A DNA stretch of 64,000 nucleotides from the human T2T-CHM13v2.0 reference genome, Homo sapiens: assembly GCF_009914755.1 (NCBI RefSeq), contig NC_060928.1, one strand, 5' to 3'. The notes beneath the pieces are model-generated. The model was not told the origin of the DNA and searched no databases. It saw only the letters and a list, made by a program, of their open reading frames with translations. Shown here in pieces: positions 62,600 to 64,000 of the stretch (positions are counted from its first letter, which is position 1; every line of letters starts with the position of its first letter). Both the position numbers and the translations under genes were made by a program.

Positions 62600-62790
62600 T
62601 ACAGCACAACCCCTAAGTGCAGGGGATCTGGAGGCAAAACATGAGGGTCAAAGCCTCACTGTACCACTTTCCAGCTGTGTAATCTTGGGAAAGATTCTTC
62701 ATCTGTAAAATGATGCTTAAAAGCTATACCTGACTTTTAGGATTGTTGTAAACATTAAATTTGTAAATGAGAATGATCTTATAACTGTAC
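62600..62790 (+). mobile_element. MIR
   Basis: ccactttccagctgtgtaatcttgggaaag...cttcatctgtaaaatg...aggattgttgtaaacattaaat. Confidence 0.7.
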
Positions 62791-62839
62791 ATGTTAACCA
62801 TTGTTTAAACCTATATGAATAAAATTCTAGATGAGTCAC

Positions 62840-63186
62840 TGATATAGTTTGGCTGTGTACCTACCCAAATCTCATCTTGAATTGTAGCTCCCATAATTCC
62901 CACGTGCTCTGGGAGGAACCTGGTGGGAGATAATTGAATCATGGGGGAGGTTTACCCCATACTATTCTTGTGGTAGTGAAGAAGTCTCACAATAGCTGAT
63001 GGTTTTATAATGAGTTTCCCTTTTGCTTGGTTCTCATTCGCTCTTGCTTGCTGCCATGTAAGACTGTGATTGCCTGGACTGTGAGGCCTCCCCAGCAACG
63101 TGAAACTGTGAGTCCATTCATTTTCTTTATAAATTACCCAGTCTTGAGTATGTCTTGATCAATAGAGTGAAAATGGACTGATAACA
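62840..63186 (+). mobile_element. THE1 (THE1B/C-like) solo LTR
   Basis: tgatatagtttggctgtgt...caaatctcatcttgaattgtagctcccataattccc...tgtgaggcctccccagc...aaaatggactgataaca. Confidence 0.93.
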
Positions 63187-64000
63187 GTCTTGGACTGTGA
63201 GCTCCAAGAATTAAATGCTGTGTAGAATGATGGAATATCCTGGGAAGACATCTACAGCTCTGGAGAGGCACTACCTAAAATAAAGAACTTATGTCAGAAA
63301 GGAAAATCAAACCTATCTTCATCTTAATGGATTCTCATTAACTACATTACTGGTGAACATTTTTCATACATGGCTGATTTTCTCAGCTGACACTACAATC
63401 AGATTTCATTCCTTCTCCAAACAGGGATGTGTTTACTCTCAAGAAATGCAATCTAATTTAAAATTGGGTGGAGAAAAACCATGTCAAAAAACACAGTAGT
63501 TGTATGGCTAAAATAGATCAACCACTTTCTTACATACAAACCAAAATGTTTCAGATTAGGTACTTCATTGTTTATTTCTTTTAGAATAGAAAAGAAAAAG
63601 TTAAGATTATATCTCTGCCTAAAGATTTAGAAACAGGGTCCGAAGGTAGCACCATCAATGAGTTACTTCCAAATAGTCTGCCAGAGAGTCCTTAAAATCT
63701 AAATGTTCTCTTTAAAGAGGCAGTAATTGAGAATCATTATTTTAATATAGAATCTCAACTGTTACAGCTATAAATAATACTCCATCCCATTATGATTATT
63801 TAGTGTATTGCTTTCTTAATGATTGTTTTCATAATTAAGAAGAAATGCAATATTCTCTCTATTTAAAAACCTTTTTTTGTAGGTGTATTGAACTATATAT
63901 CCATCCTCCTAGCAAGCTTGGTGTTCCAAATTGGATTAGAAAAAAAATAATACAGGTAGATTTAGGATGTTTGTCATGCTAATAGGCCTTCTTTAGGAAG

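Overview
AT-rich, CpG-depleted primate genomic DNA, human or another ape (Alu J/S/Y, L1PA3-5-like and L1PA8-like LINE-1, THE1/MST LTRs). It reads as intergenic or deep-intronic sequence. I found no host protein-coding exon, RNA gene or CpG island; every ORF with recognisable protein similarity derives from L1 or Alu. Contents are about 11 Alus, a full-length decayed L1PA8-like element (26.5-32.9 kb, minus strand), two younger minus-strand L1 3' fragments, MaLR LTRs, several DNA-transposon MITEs and old MIR/L2/L1M relics. Three observations stand out. (1) The insertion at 53525-56365 combines a twin-priming 5' inversion with a ~115-bp 3' transduction of Tigger1-like sequence carrying its own AATAAA and second poly(A), all inside a perfect 10-bp TSD at a TT/AAAA site. 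(2) This L1 and the independent L1 15.2 kb upstream share about ten non-consensus bases, including the same ORF2 frameshift, pointing to a common defective source element or to gene conversion. (3) There is a recursive-splice-site-like motif (polypyrimidine-CAG|GTAAG) at ~59650. Repeat family names come from my recollection of consensus sequences, not a database search, and the boundaries of old repeats are approximate.
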